DNA of 64,000 bases from Candidatus Magasanikiibacteriota bacterium. Its GTDB lineage: Bacteria > Patescibacteriota > Patescibacteriia > Magasanikbacterales > UBA922. Each line of letters begins with the position of its first letter. Position 1 is the first letter of the stretch. Location of the stretch: contig JBPOIO010000020.1 in the NCBI GenBank assembly GCA_052034405.1, positions 9,699 through 73,698 on the forward strand. Direction: 5' to 3'. Positions 9,005 through 17,346 of the stretch are shown here, piece after piece. Both the position numbers and the translations under genes were made by a program. The notes beneath the pieces are model-generated. The model saw nothing but the letters and a program-made list of their open reading frames with translations, was not told the origin of the DNA and searched no databases.

Positions 9005-10077
9005 GCGTAAAGCAAAAGAAAAAAGTACTTATTTGTATGTCTGGCGGCGTCGATTCTTCGGTGGCTGCGCTTTTGCTCGTGCAAGCAGGCTACGAGGTGA
9101 CGGGGGCCTATATGAAGCAGTGGAGTGACTCCAAGGGGCTCTCTGGTGTGTGTAGTTGGAAAGACGATCGTCGCGACGCACTTCGCGTGGCAGCTCATCT
9201 GGCAATTCCACTTTTGACACTCGATTTTGAAAAAGAATATCGAAAATGGGTGGTGAAATACATGTTTGACGAATACCGTCGTGGACGAACTCCAAATCCA
9301 GATGTGATGTGCAACAAATATGTAAAATTTGGTTTTTGGATGGAAAAGGCGCGTGAGCTTGGATTTGATTATCTTGCGACTGGTCACTATGCACAAGTGC
9401 AAAAAGTTGGTCGAGTGGTCAAACTGCTCGAAGCAAAAGATACAGAAAAAGATCAAACATATTTTTTGCATCAACTCGGTCAAGAACAATTATCGCATAC
9501 ACTTTTTCCAATTGGCCATTTGAAAAAAACAGAGGTTCGTAGGCTGGCCAAGAAATATAAACTTCCGACTGCCGAGCGTGCTGAAAGTATGGGCATTTGT
9601 TTCATTGGCGAAGTACCAATGAAAGAGTTTTTACAGCAAAAGATTAAGCCCAAAAAAGGCAAAATTCGAAATACGAGTGGAGATGAAATAGGGGAGCACG
9701 AGGGCCTAGCTTTTTATACCATTGGTCAGCGTCATGGATTTTCGCAATCAGGTGGTACAGAGCCTTTGTTTGTGGTGGCAAAAAACATGAAGAAAAATGA
9801 GTTGATTGTCGGAAATGAAGATGATCCGGCGCTGTATAAAAAGGAAATTGTCCTAGAAAATATACATTTTGTGAGTGGACAGGCTCCAAAATTTCCGCTA
9901 CAATGCCAAGTACGAATGCGACATCGTCAAGCTTTTCAAAAGGTGATTGTTACAAAAGGAAAGAAGTCAAAAACTGTTATTCTTGCATTTCAAAAAGCAC
10001 AAAAAGCTCTTACCCCAGGACAATTTGCTGTTTTGTATAAAAATGCTGAGTGTTTGGGTGGTGGGGTGATTGAATAA
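9001..10077 (+). CDS. mnmA: tRNA-specific 2-thiouridylase MnmA
   Basis: PP-loop VLICMSGGVDSSVAALLL, catalytic Cys motifs, and a conserved C-terminal beta-barrel. Confidence 0.9.
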   Translation: MSVKQKKKVLICMSGGVDSSVAALLLVQAGYEVTGAYMKQWSDSKGLSGVCSWKDDRRDALRVAAHLAIPLLTLDFEKEYRKWVVKYMFDEYRRGRTPNPDVMCNKYVKFGFWMEKARELGFDYLATGHYAQVQKVGRVVKLLEAKDTEKDQTYFLHQLGQEQLSHTLFPIGHLKKTEVRRLAKKYKLPTAERAESMGICFIGEVPMKEFLQQKIKPKKGKIRNTSGDEIGEHEGLAFYTIGQRHGFSQSGGTEPLFVVAKNMKKNELIVGNEDDPALYKKEIVLENIHFVSGQAPKFPLQCQVRMRHRQAFQKVIVTKGKKSKTVILAFQKAQKALTPGQFAVLYKNAECLGGGVIE

Positions 10078-10096
10078 TATTTTCAAAATAATTTAT

Positions 10097-12007
10097 ATGA
10101 CTACACATGAAATTCGCAGTAAATATCTAGAGTTTTTCAAGAGCAATGGACATGCAATATTGCCATCCGCGTCGCTTTTGCCGGAAAACGATCCAACCAC
10201 ACTGTTTACCGGAAGTGGTATGCAGCCAATGGTCCCATATTTGCTTGGTCAAAAACACCCAATGGGAACACGCCTTTCAGATAGTCAAAAATCTTTTCGT
10301 TCTGGAGATATTGAAGAAGTGGGCGACAATCGTCATACCACATTTTTTGAAATGCTTGGAAATTGGTCACTCGGAGATTATTTCAAAGAAGAGCAGATTC
10401 CTTGGATGTGGAATTTTTTGGTGGAAATTTTGAAACTTGATCCAAAGAATCTTTATTTTACGTGTTTTCGTGGTCTTGAAAGCGCTGGAATTCCAAAAGA
10501 TACTGAATCTGCGCAGATGTGGCAAAAACTTTTTGCTTCTGTTGGTATTGAAGCAAAAATTGGCGAAAATCCAGAAATCGATGGAATGCGACCAGGTGAA
10601 AAGATTTTTTATTTTTCTGAAAGAAAAAATTGGTGGAGTCGTAGTGGTACCCCAGACAAAATGCCAGTGGGTGAGCCTGGTGGACCTGATACAGAAATGT
10701 TTTGGGATTTTGATCCAGAAAATATTCAAAAATTGCACGAAAACTCTGCTTGGAAGAATGAAGCCTGTCATGTAAATTGTGACTGTGGACGCTACATGGA
10801 GATTGGAAATAACGTGTTCATGCAATACCAAAAGACGGCGAGTGGATTTGAACTGCTTCCTCAACAAAATGTAGATTTTGGTGGGGGCCTAGAACGTATG
10901 GCAGCAGCAGTGAACAATAATCCAGATGTTTTTACGATTGATCTTTTTGACACTATTCGTGGCGCGATTGAATCGGCAAGTGGCAAAAAATATGGCGCAG
11001 ATGCCACCGAGACCTATGCCTTTCGTGTTGTCATGGATCACCTCCGTGCGGCAACATTTTTGATCGCAGATACTGCGGTCCCAAGCAACAAAGACCAAGG
11101 ATATTTTACACGCCGCCTCATTCGTCGTGCTATTCGTTATGCACGAAATCTCAATGTGCACGAAAATTTTTGTGTGTCTGTTGTTGAGGCTGTGATTGAA
11201 ACATATAAGGACGCCTATCCAGATTTGCTTGCCAAGCAGGCACAGATTATTTCTGAAATTGAAAAAGAAGAGCGAAAATTTCGTAATACTTTAGAGCAGG
11301 GGCTCAAAATTTTTGAAGAAATACTCAAACGAACTGACAATAATACTATTTCAGGGCGTGATGCATTTGACCTCAACCAATCATATGGTTTTCCTCTTGA
11401 AATTACAGAAGAACTTGCCAAAGAACGAGGCTATAGTGTAGATATACAATCTTTTGAAGAAGAAAAAAGTAAACACCAAGCACTTTCTCGTGCTGGAGCC
11501 GAACAAAAATTCAAAGGAGGTCTCGCTGATACCGGTGAAATGAGTGTAAAATATCACACAGCGACTCATCTTCTTCATGCTGCGCTTCAAAAAATCCTTG
11601 GACCTGGGGCAACACAAAAGGGAAGTAATATTACCGCAGAGCGTATGCGCTTTGACTTTGCTGCAAACGAAAAAATGACTCCAGAACAAATCAAAGAAGC
11701 AGAAGATTTGGTAAATGCTGCTATTGCACATGATTACCCTGTAACTTTTCAAGAACTTCCTCTTGAAGAGGCAAAGAAAAAACAAGCCATTGGTCTTTTT
11801 GAAGACAATTATGGTGCCGTGGTGAAGGTATATACGGTTGGTGATCCAGAAGGACTTCCACAAGCTGATCCAAACGCTGCAACATTTAGTCGTGAATTGT
11901 GTGGAGGACCTCATGTTGAACATACTGGTACTATGGGGCATTTCAAGATTATCAAAGAAGAAGCATGTAGTAGTGGTATTCGCCGCATTAAGGCGATTTT
12001 AGAATAA
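10097..12007 (+). CDS. alaS: Alanyl-tRNA synthetase, short form (~636 aa; catalytic and editing domains, no C-Ala domain)
   Basis: N-terminus EIRSKYLEFFKSNGHAILPSASLLPENDPTTLFTGSGMQP. Editing-site HTATHLLH...CGGPHV. Ends right after the editing domain. The upstream in-frame TTG at 10070 is unlikely to be used. Confidence 0.85.
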   Translation: MTTHEIRSKYLEFFKSNGHAILPSASLLPENDPTTLFTGSGMQPMVPYLLGQKHPMGTRLSDSQKSFRSGDIEEVGDNRHTTFFEMLGNWSLGDYFKEEQIPWMWNFLVEILKLDPKNLYFTCFRGLESAGIPKDTESAQMWQKLFASVGIEAKIGENPEIDGMRPGEKIFYFSERKNWWSRSGTPDKMPVGEPGGPDTEMFWDFDPENIQKLHENSAWKNEACHVNCDCGRYMEIGNNVFMQYQKTASGFELLPQQNVDFGGGLERMAAAVNNNPDVFTIDLFDTIRGAIESASGKKYGADATETYAFRVVMDHLRAATFLIADTAVPSNKDQGYFTRRLIRRAIRYARNLNVHENFCVSVVEAVIETYKDAYPDLLAKQAQIISEIEKEERKFRNTLEQGLKIFEEILKRTDNNTISGRDAFDLNQSYGFPLEITEELAKERGYSVDIQSFEEEKSKHQALSRAGAEQKFKGGLADTGEMSVKYHTATHLLHAALQKILGPGATQKGSNITAERMRFDFAANEKMTPEQIKEAEDLVNAAIAHDYPVTFQELPLEEAKKKQAIGLFEDNYGAVVKVYTVGDPEGLPQADPNAATFSRELCGGPHVEHTGTMGHFKIIKEEACSSGIRRIKAILE

Positions 12008-12011
12008 TTTT

Positions 12012-12314
12012 ATGGCAGGAGAATCTGTTCCCCAGAATGAAAAACGTGATTTTTATGATACCTTTTTTGATCGTGATGCTGCGGAGTTACGCATGGGGGA
12101 CAAAACTTTGAAAGTCGGAACCTTTGTAACCATAAAAAAAGAAGGATTTGATCCTGAAATGCTGTATTTTGTCACAGAGCTGCTTCCAGATGAAAAGTAT
12201 AAAATTGTGAGTGAAGTGGGTGGTGTCGGAATGATATTTTCAAGAGATCAATTGGTAAAATTTGATATTGATACTCAAACATTTGGTTCGAAAAAAAAGT
12301 CGGGTACTGTCTAA
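12012..12314 (+). CDS. Hypothetical protein
   Basis: 100-aa ORF with no recognisable motif, tightly packed after alaS. Confidence 0.35.
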   Translation: MAGESVPQNEKRDFYDTFFDRDAAELRMGDKTLKVGTFVTIKKEGFDPEMLYFVTELLPDEKYKIVSEVGGVGMIFSRDQLVKFDIDTQTFGSKKKSGTV

Positions 12315-12329
12315 AGTATTTTTAATACT

Positions 12330-13169
12330 ATGTCCCAATTTCAAACAGAGGAAGAAGCAATCAATTGGTACGAATCACAACCACGCGTCCTTACGAAAGA
12401 ATTTATTGATTCTATTCCTTGGAATGAGGTCAAAAATCATGCTATCAACGAGAAGTTTATTCCCGTACTCTTTTATATGCGCGATGTGGAGCGCCTGACC
12501 GAGGTCTATTACAAAGAGTTACTCGCAACGCCATCTGGTCGGAACCCTTGGGTACGACGTTTTATTGATAAGTGGAGCAGCGAAGAACCTGTCCATGGCG
12601 AGACATTGAATCGTTTTTTGGCTGAGCTTGGCTATCCAAGTGAAGAAAAATGGTTTGAAAAAGTCAAAAAAGACATGCCTTTTTCCTATAAAGTTTCAAG
12701 TAAAATTGCTTCGGCTACAGCGAACATGTTTGGAAGTCGTTTTACCCCAGTACATATGACTATTGGGGCTATTCATGAGATGACGACCCTCAACGGCTAT
12801 CGCAAGCTTTGGGAAAATGCCAATCATCCGGTGCTCACTTATATTTTAAGGTCCATTGCCCGCGAAGAGGCCGCTCATGTATTTATGTATTCGACGATTG
12901 CCAGGATTCACCTACAAAAGTCTCAGTTTCGCCAAAAACTTACCGATTATATAGTAGAAAAGTTTTGGACCCCGGTTGGCCAGGGGAGTAAACGTGCAGA
13001 AGATACAAATTATGTTATACAGACGCTTTTTTCTGGTCCAGAAGGTCTAAAAGAGATCCAAAAGTATGTATCTGGTCGCATGAGGGATCAATTTCCTAGT
13101 CTTGAAAAAGCAGCCCAAAAGGTGACGGACCATATGGCTTGCATTGTTTCAAAAACTAGGCTATACTGA
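12330..13169 (+). CDS. Di-iron carboxylate protein, acyl-ACP desaturase-like
   Basis: Two E..H motifs resembling desaturase ligands: WSSEEPVHGETL and IAREEAAHVFMY. Confidence 0.4.
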   Translation: MSQFQTEEEAINWYESQPRVLTKEFIDSIPWNEVKNHAINEKFIPVLFYMRDVERLTEVYYKELLATPSGRNPWVRRFIDKWSSEEPVHGETLNRFLAELGYPSEEKWFEKVKKDMPFSYKVSSKIASATANMFGSRFTPVHMTIGAIHEMTTLNGYRKLWENANHPVLTYILRSIAREEAAHVFMYSTIARIHLQKSQFRQKLTDYIVEKFWTPVGQGSKRAEDTNYVIQTLFSGPEGLKEIQKYVSGRMRDQFPSLEKAAQKVTDHMACIVSKTRLY

Positions 13170-13220
13170 GAATAATCTTTAAAATCAATACTTATTCACA
13201 ACTGGGACCCCTCCAAATCC

Positions 13221-13249
13221 TTGACAGGGGGGAAAAATCAGGATATAAT
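13221..13249 (+). promoter_or_regulatory. Sigma70 promoter TTGACA-17-TATAAT for the infA-alpha operon
   Basis: Perfect hexamers; infA ATG lies 22 nt downstream of the -10. Confidence 0.65.
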
Positions 13250-13270
13250 ACTGCCAGTTAATTTTTTTCC

Positions 13271-13489
13271 ATGGGCAACAAAACTGATGTTATCGTAGTA
13301 AAAGGTACCATTGACGAGCTGTTACCGGGGGCAACCTTCCGTGTGATTCTCGAAAATGACCTTGAAATCATTGCACATCTCTCAGGAAAAATGAGAATGA
13401 ACCGAATCAAACTCGGTGTAGGGGATGAAGTAAAGGTGGAATTAACACCTTACGACCTCAGCAAGGGTCGAATCACCTATCGTTTTTAA
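13271..13489 (+). CDS. infA: Translation initiation factor IF-1
   Basis: 72-aa S1-like OB fold; [31 protein letters not shown]. Confidence 0.9.
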   Translation: MGNKTDVIVVKGTIDELLPGATFRVILENDLEIIAHLSGKMRMNRIKLGVGDEVKVELTPYDLSKGRITYRF

Positions 13490-13590
13490 CTATCAATATT
13501 AAAACATATTCAACATATCAACCAGTGCGGTGGAGCTTTATAAAGCTATGATATCGCGGCAGTGGTTGGTATTTTTTTGCTTCAAAGATT

Positions 13591-13731
13591 ATGAAAGTAC
13601 AAGGATCGGTAAAGAAACGTTGTAAAAATTGTAAGTCAGTTCGCCGACGTGGTTGTGTTTATATTATTTGTGAAATCCCTCGCCATAAACAGCGTCAAGG
13701 TTCAAATAAACAACGAAAGAGTGCGGGCTAA
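13591..13731 (+). CDS. rpmJ: 50S ribosomal protein L36
   Basis: Hand-translated 46 aa: [37 protein letters not shown]..., the C-x2-C-x12-C-x4-H zinc ribbon of L36. Absent from the ORF track only because it is shorter than 60 aa. Confidence 0.85.
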   Translation: MKVQGSVKKRCKNCKSVRRRGCVYIICEIPRHKQRQGSNKQRKSAG

Positions 13732-13775
13732 TTGTTTTATATAATCCTTAAATTTTTAAGTGTAGAATTTTGTAT

Positions 13776-14162
13776 ATGAGAGTTTCTGGTGTCAACATCC
13801 CTCGAGACAAACAAGTTGTTATTTCCCTTACCTATGTATATGGTATTGGTAATACAACTGCAAAGAATATTTTGGCAAAAGCAAAAATTGCTGAAAATAC
13901 TCGTGTAAAAGATTTGAATCAAGACCAAGAAGATAAACTTCGTGCTTTGATTGAAAAAGAACACAAAACAGAAGGTGATCTTCGCCGTGAAGTTTCTAGT
14001 AATATCAAACGTTTGAAAGATATCAAAGCATACCGTGGTATTCGTCATGCAAAAAAATTGCCAGTACGCGGTCAACGAACAAAAACAAATTCTCGTACGG
14101 TTCGTGGCAACAAACGTAATTTTGCAACCAGTGGTAAAAAACCAGCTGGACAAAAGACCTAA
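13776..14162 (+). CDS. rpsM: 30S ribosomal protein S13
   Basis: [25 protein letters not shown]. An in-frame ATG two codons upstream (13770) is also possible. Confidence 0.9.
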   Translation: MRVSGVNIPRDKQVVISLTYVYGIGNTTAKNILAKAKIAENTRVKDLNQDQEDKLRALIEKEHKTEGDLRREVSSNIKRLKDIKAYRGIRHAKKLPVRGQRTKTNSRTVRGNKRNFATSGKKPAGQKT

Positions 14163-14204
14163 ACGTTGACCCGATACTTAAATATTTAATTAAATGATTG
14201 CTTT

Positions 14205-14609
14205 ATGGCAACAGCTCAAGCAAAAGCAAAAAAAACTACAAAAAAGAAAAAATTGAACAAAATCGTTCCAAACGGACGAGCTTATGTTCAAGCTACTTTC
14301 AACAATACTATTGTTACTCTTGCAGACCAAAATGGTGATGTTCTTGGCTGGGCAAGTGCTGGTATGATTGGTTTCAAAGGACCAAAAAAAGCAACTCCTT
14401 ATGCTGCTGGACAAGTTGTAAAAAAAGTTGTTGACGCTACCAAACAATATGGCCTCAAAGAGGTAAATGTATTTGTAAAAGGTATTGGTGGCGGACGCGA
14501 AGGTGCGATTCGTGGTTTCAATGCCAATGGTGTCAATGTACTTTCTATTAAAGATATTACACCGATTCCACACAATGGCTGCCGACCTCCAAAACGCCGT
14601 CGTGTCTAA
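14205..14609 (+). CDS. rpsK: 30S ribosomal protein S11
   Basis: NGRAYVQATFNNTIVTLADQNGDVLGWASAG. Confidence 0.9.
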   Translation: MATAQAKAKKTTKKKKLNKIVPNGRAYVQATFNNTIVTLADQNGDVLGWASAGMIGFKGPKKATPYAAGQVVKKVVDATKQYGLKEVNVFVKGIGGGREGAIRGFNANGVNVLSIKDITPIPHNGCRPPKRRRV

Positions 14610-14632
14610 ATTTTTGAATTTATACTATTGCT

Positions 14633-15256
14633 ATGGGTAGAAATATTGGACCAAAAAATAAAATCGCTCGAAGATTTGGTATCAACCTTGGCCTCAAAAC
14701 CAATCCTGTTAAGGTTGCAAAACGTTTGAGTCAACCACCAGGAGTACATGGGCCAAAAAAACGTGGTGGTCCAGCTTCAGGATTTGGAAAACAACTCGCA
14801 GAAAAACAAAAAGCTAAAGTTATTTTTGGACTTCGTGAAGCCCAATTTAGTAAATATGTAAAAGAAGCGGCACGTATGACAGGAGACTCTTCTGTAAACT
14901 TGCAACAGCTTCTTGAACGTCGTCTTGATAATGTTGTTTATAAACTTGGTTTTGCTGTTACTCGCGCTCAAGCTCGTCAAATGGTTGGACACAAATTGTT
15001 TACCGTTAATGGAAAAGCAATGAACGTTCCTTCATATTTGGTAAAAATTGGTGATGTTGTAGAACTCAAAGCAACAAAAGCAAAAAGTCGTTTGTTTGAA
15101 GGACTCGAAGAACGCATGGCAAAAATGGAACTTCCTTCATGGTTGAAATTGGATCTTGCAAAAAAATCTGGAAAAGTTCTTGGAATTGCAGCAGATGCTG
15201 ATTTTGAAAAATCTTTTGATACAAAACTTATTATCGAGTATTACTCAACTCGCTAA
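14633..15256 (+). CDS. rpsD: 30S ribosomal protein S4
   Basis: MGRNIGPKNKIARRFG...; S4 domain. Confidence 0.9.
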   Translation: MGRNIGPKNKIARRFGINLGLKTNPVKVAKRLSQPPGVHGPKKRGGPASGFGKQLAEKQKAKVIFGLREAQFSKYVKEAARMTGDSSVNLQQLLERRLDNVVYKLGFAVTRAQARQMVGHKLFTVNGKAMNVPSYLVKIGDVVELKATKAKSRLFEGLEERMAKMELPSWLKLDLAKKSGKVLGIAADADFEKSFDTKLIIEYYSTR

Positions 15257-15291
15257 TTTTAGCCGAGATTCCTCGGATTTAAATTTACTTT

Positions 15292-16104
15292 ATGGAACAC
15301 ATATCACTTCCAACATCAATTGAATTCCTCGAAGGCAATACAACAAATGTTGGTAAAGTTGTGGTTAGTCCATGTACACAGGGCTATGGAACAACACTCG
15401 GCAATGCACTGCGCCGTGTTTTGTTGTCATCTCTTCCTGGTGCGGCTGTTGACTCTGTGAAGATCAATGGTGTGAGTCATGAATTTTCTGCCGTAAATGG
15501 AGTTCAAGAAGATATGATTGAGATTATTTTGAATCTCAAACAAGTTGCTGTGAAATTATATGGCGACGAACCCGTTGTCCTTACTTTGAACAAAAAAACT
15601 ATTGGTCCTGTGACTGCTGGAGATTTTGAAAAAAATTCTGCGGTAGAAATCATGAATCCAGAATTGGTATTGTTCAATATTACCAAATCTACTCCAGTTG
15701 AAATGGAAGTGACTATTGTAAATGGTTGGGGATTTGTTTCTGCAGCTGAAAAAGAAAAGAAAAATTTGGACCTTGGAACGATTGTGATTGATTCACTTTT
15801 TACTCCAATCCGTGATGTTGGATATGCTGTTGAACTTACTCGTCTTGGAGATGTTACTGACTTTGAAAAATTGACTTTGACGATTGAAACAAACGGAACA
15901 GTAAGTCCAAAAGATGCCCTTTCTGAATCAACAAAAATTTTGATGGATCATTTTTCTCTTATCTTGGAATCATGTGGTGATGCACGAAGCGTGGCTCCAG
16001 TAAAACATGCAGAACTTCTTGTTGAAGAAGTACAATCAAATGATGAAAGTTCTGATGAAAGTGAAGATGAAAAGCCAAAAGCAAAAAAGAAAGCAAAAAA
16101 ATAA
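15292..16104 (+). CDS. rpoA: DNA-directed RNA polymerase alpha subunit, N-terminal domain only plus a charged tail
   Basis: Alpha-NTD dimerisation/assembly motifs (GYGTTLGNALRRVLLSSLPG). The protein stops at 270 aa with SNDESSDESEDEKPKAKKKAKK and no HhH alpha-CTD. Confidence 0.85.
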   Translation: MEHISLPTSIEFLEGNTTNVGKVVVSPCTQGYGTTLGNALRRVLLSSLPGAAVDSVKINGVSHEFSAVNGVQEDMIEIILNLKQVAVKLYGDEPVVLTLNKKTIGPVTAGDFEKNSAVEIMNPELVLFNITKSTPVEMEVTIVNGWGFVSAAEKEKKNLDLGTIVIDSLFTPIRDVGYAVELTRLGDVTDFEKLTLTIETNGTVSPKDALSESTKILMDHFSLILESCGDARSVAPVKHAELLVEEVQSNDESSDESEDEKPKAKKKAKK

Positions 16105-16125
16105 ATTTAAATATCGTTTGATTAT

Positions 16126-16476
16126 ATGCGACACAACAGTAAAAAAGTTACTCTCGGACGCGAAGCTGCTCCTCGAAAAGCCTTGATGAGAAATCTTGCA
16201 GAGAGTTTGATTTTGAATGGATCTATCCGTACTACTACCGCAAAGGCAAAAGCACTTCGCAGTGTTGTTGAACCTCTTGTTACTAAGGCAAAAACTGGAA
16301 CACTCGCAAATATGCGAAATATTAAGCGTGTTCTTTTTACTCGTGAAGCGCTTGAAGTTTTGATGAAAGATATCGCACCTCGTTATGTAGAACGCAAGGG
16401 TGGTTATACTCGTGTTATCAAACTCGCTCCTCGTCCAAGTGATGGAGCTGACATGGCGAGAATTGAATTTGTATAA
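16126..16476 (+). CDS. rplQ: 50S ribosomal protein L17
   Basis: MRHNSKKVTLGREAAPRKALMRNLAESL. Confidence 0.9.
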   Translation: MRHNSKKVTLGREAAPRKALMRNLAESLILNGSIRTTTAKAKALRSVVEPLVTKAKTGTLANMRNIKRVLFTREALEVLMKDIAPRYVERKGGYTRVIKLAPRPSDGADMARIEFV

Positions 16477-16483
16477 AATTTTT

Positions 16484-16840
16484 ATGAAAAAGATCAAAAA
16501 AACAATTGAAATCGACGCCGCTGGTCAAGCTGTAGGACGTGTTGCAAGTCAAATTGCCATGGTTCTCATGGGAAAACATGAGCCAGATTATGATCGTGCA
16601 CTTGATACCGGTGATATGGTAAAAGTGATTAATGCTGGTAAAGTTATTTTTACAGGAAACAAACTTGTTCAAAAAGATTACTATCACCACAGTATGCATC
16701 CAGGTGGAATCAAACGTGTTCCAATGCAGCATGTGTTTGTAGAGGATCCTGCAGAAGTTATTCGCCATGCAGTGAACGGAATGATTCCAAAAAATCGTCA
16801 ACGTGAGGATCTCATGAGACGACTCACTATTACCGCTTAA
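16484..16840 (+). CDS. rplM: 50S ribosomal protein L13
   Basis: IDAAGQAVGRVASQIAMVLMGKH...MIPKN. Start taken at the ATG of MKKIKK, internal to the longer ORF at 16400. Confidence 0.85.
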   Translation: MKKIKKTIEIDAAGQAVGRVASQIAMVLMGKHEPDYDRALDTGDMVKVINAGKVIFTGNKLVQKDYYHHSMHPGGIKRVPMQHVFVEDPAEVIRHAVNGMIPKNRQREDLMRRLTITA

Positions 16841-16849
16841 TTTTTACTT

Positions 16850-17260
16850 ATGGCTGAAAAGAAAACAAATACAACTTCAACTGAGAAAGCTGTCGGACGC
16901 CGCAAAACTGCTGCTGCTCGTGTTCGTATCATGCCAGGAACTGGTGTTATTACAGTGAACGACCGTGTTCATACTGAATACTTTCCAGTCAAAATCTGGT
17001 CAGATAAGGTCATGGCACCACTCGTGGCTGTAGGACGTGAAAAAACACTTGATGTATCTGTAAAAGCTGCAGGAGGTGGAGTTCATGCTCAAGCAGAAGC
17101 GACTCGTCATGGAATTGCTCGTGCACTTATCAAATGGGATGAAACACTTCGCCCAATCCTTCGTGCAGAAGGCTTCCTCACACGTGATCCTCGTGCGAAA
17201 GAACGTAAGAAATTTGGTTTGCACAAAGCTCGTCGTGGACATCAATGGAGAAAACGTTAA
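16850..17260 (+). CDS. rpsI: 30S ribosomal protein S9
   Basis: GRRKTAAARVRIMPG...KARRGHQWRKR C-terminus. Confidence 0.9.
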   Translation: MAEKKTNTTSTEKAVGRRKTAAARVRIMPGTGVITVNDRVHTEYFPVKIWSDKVMAPLVAVGREKTLDVSVKAAGGGVHAQAEATRHGIARALIKWDETLRPILRAEGFLTRDPRAKERKKFGLHKARRGHQWRKR

Positions 17261-17273
17261 TCTGTATTTTCAA

Positions 17274-17302
17274 AACAACTGCCTCAAGCGGTTGTTTTTT
17301 TA
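17274..17302 (+). terminator. Rho-independent terminator after rpsI
   Basis: AACAACTGC / GCGGTTGTT stem plus T7. Confidence 0.55.
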
Positions 17303-17346
17303 TCCCTTGCTCCTCGCTGGCTTATTTGATACCATAAGGGCAGTTT

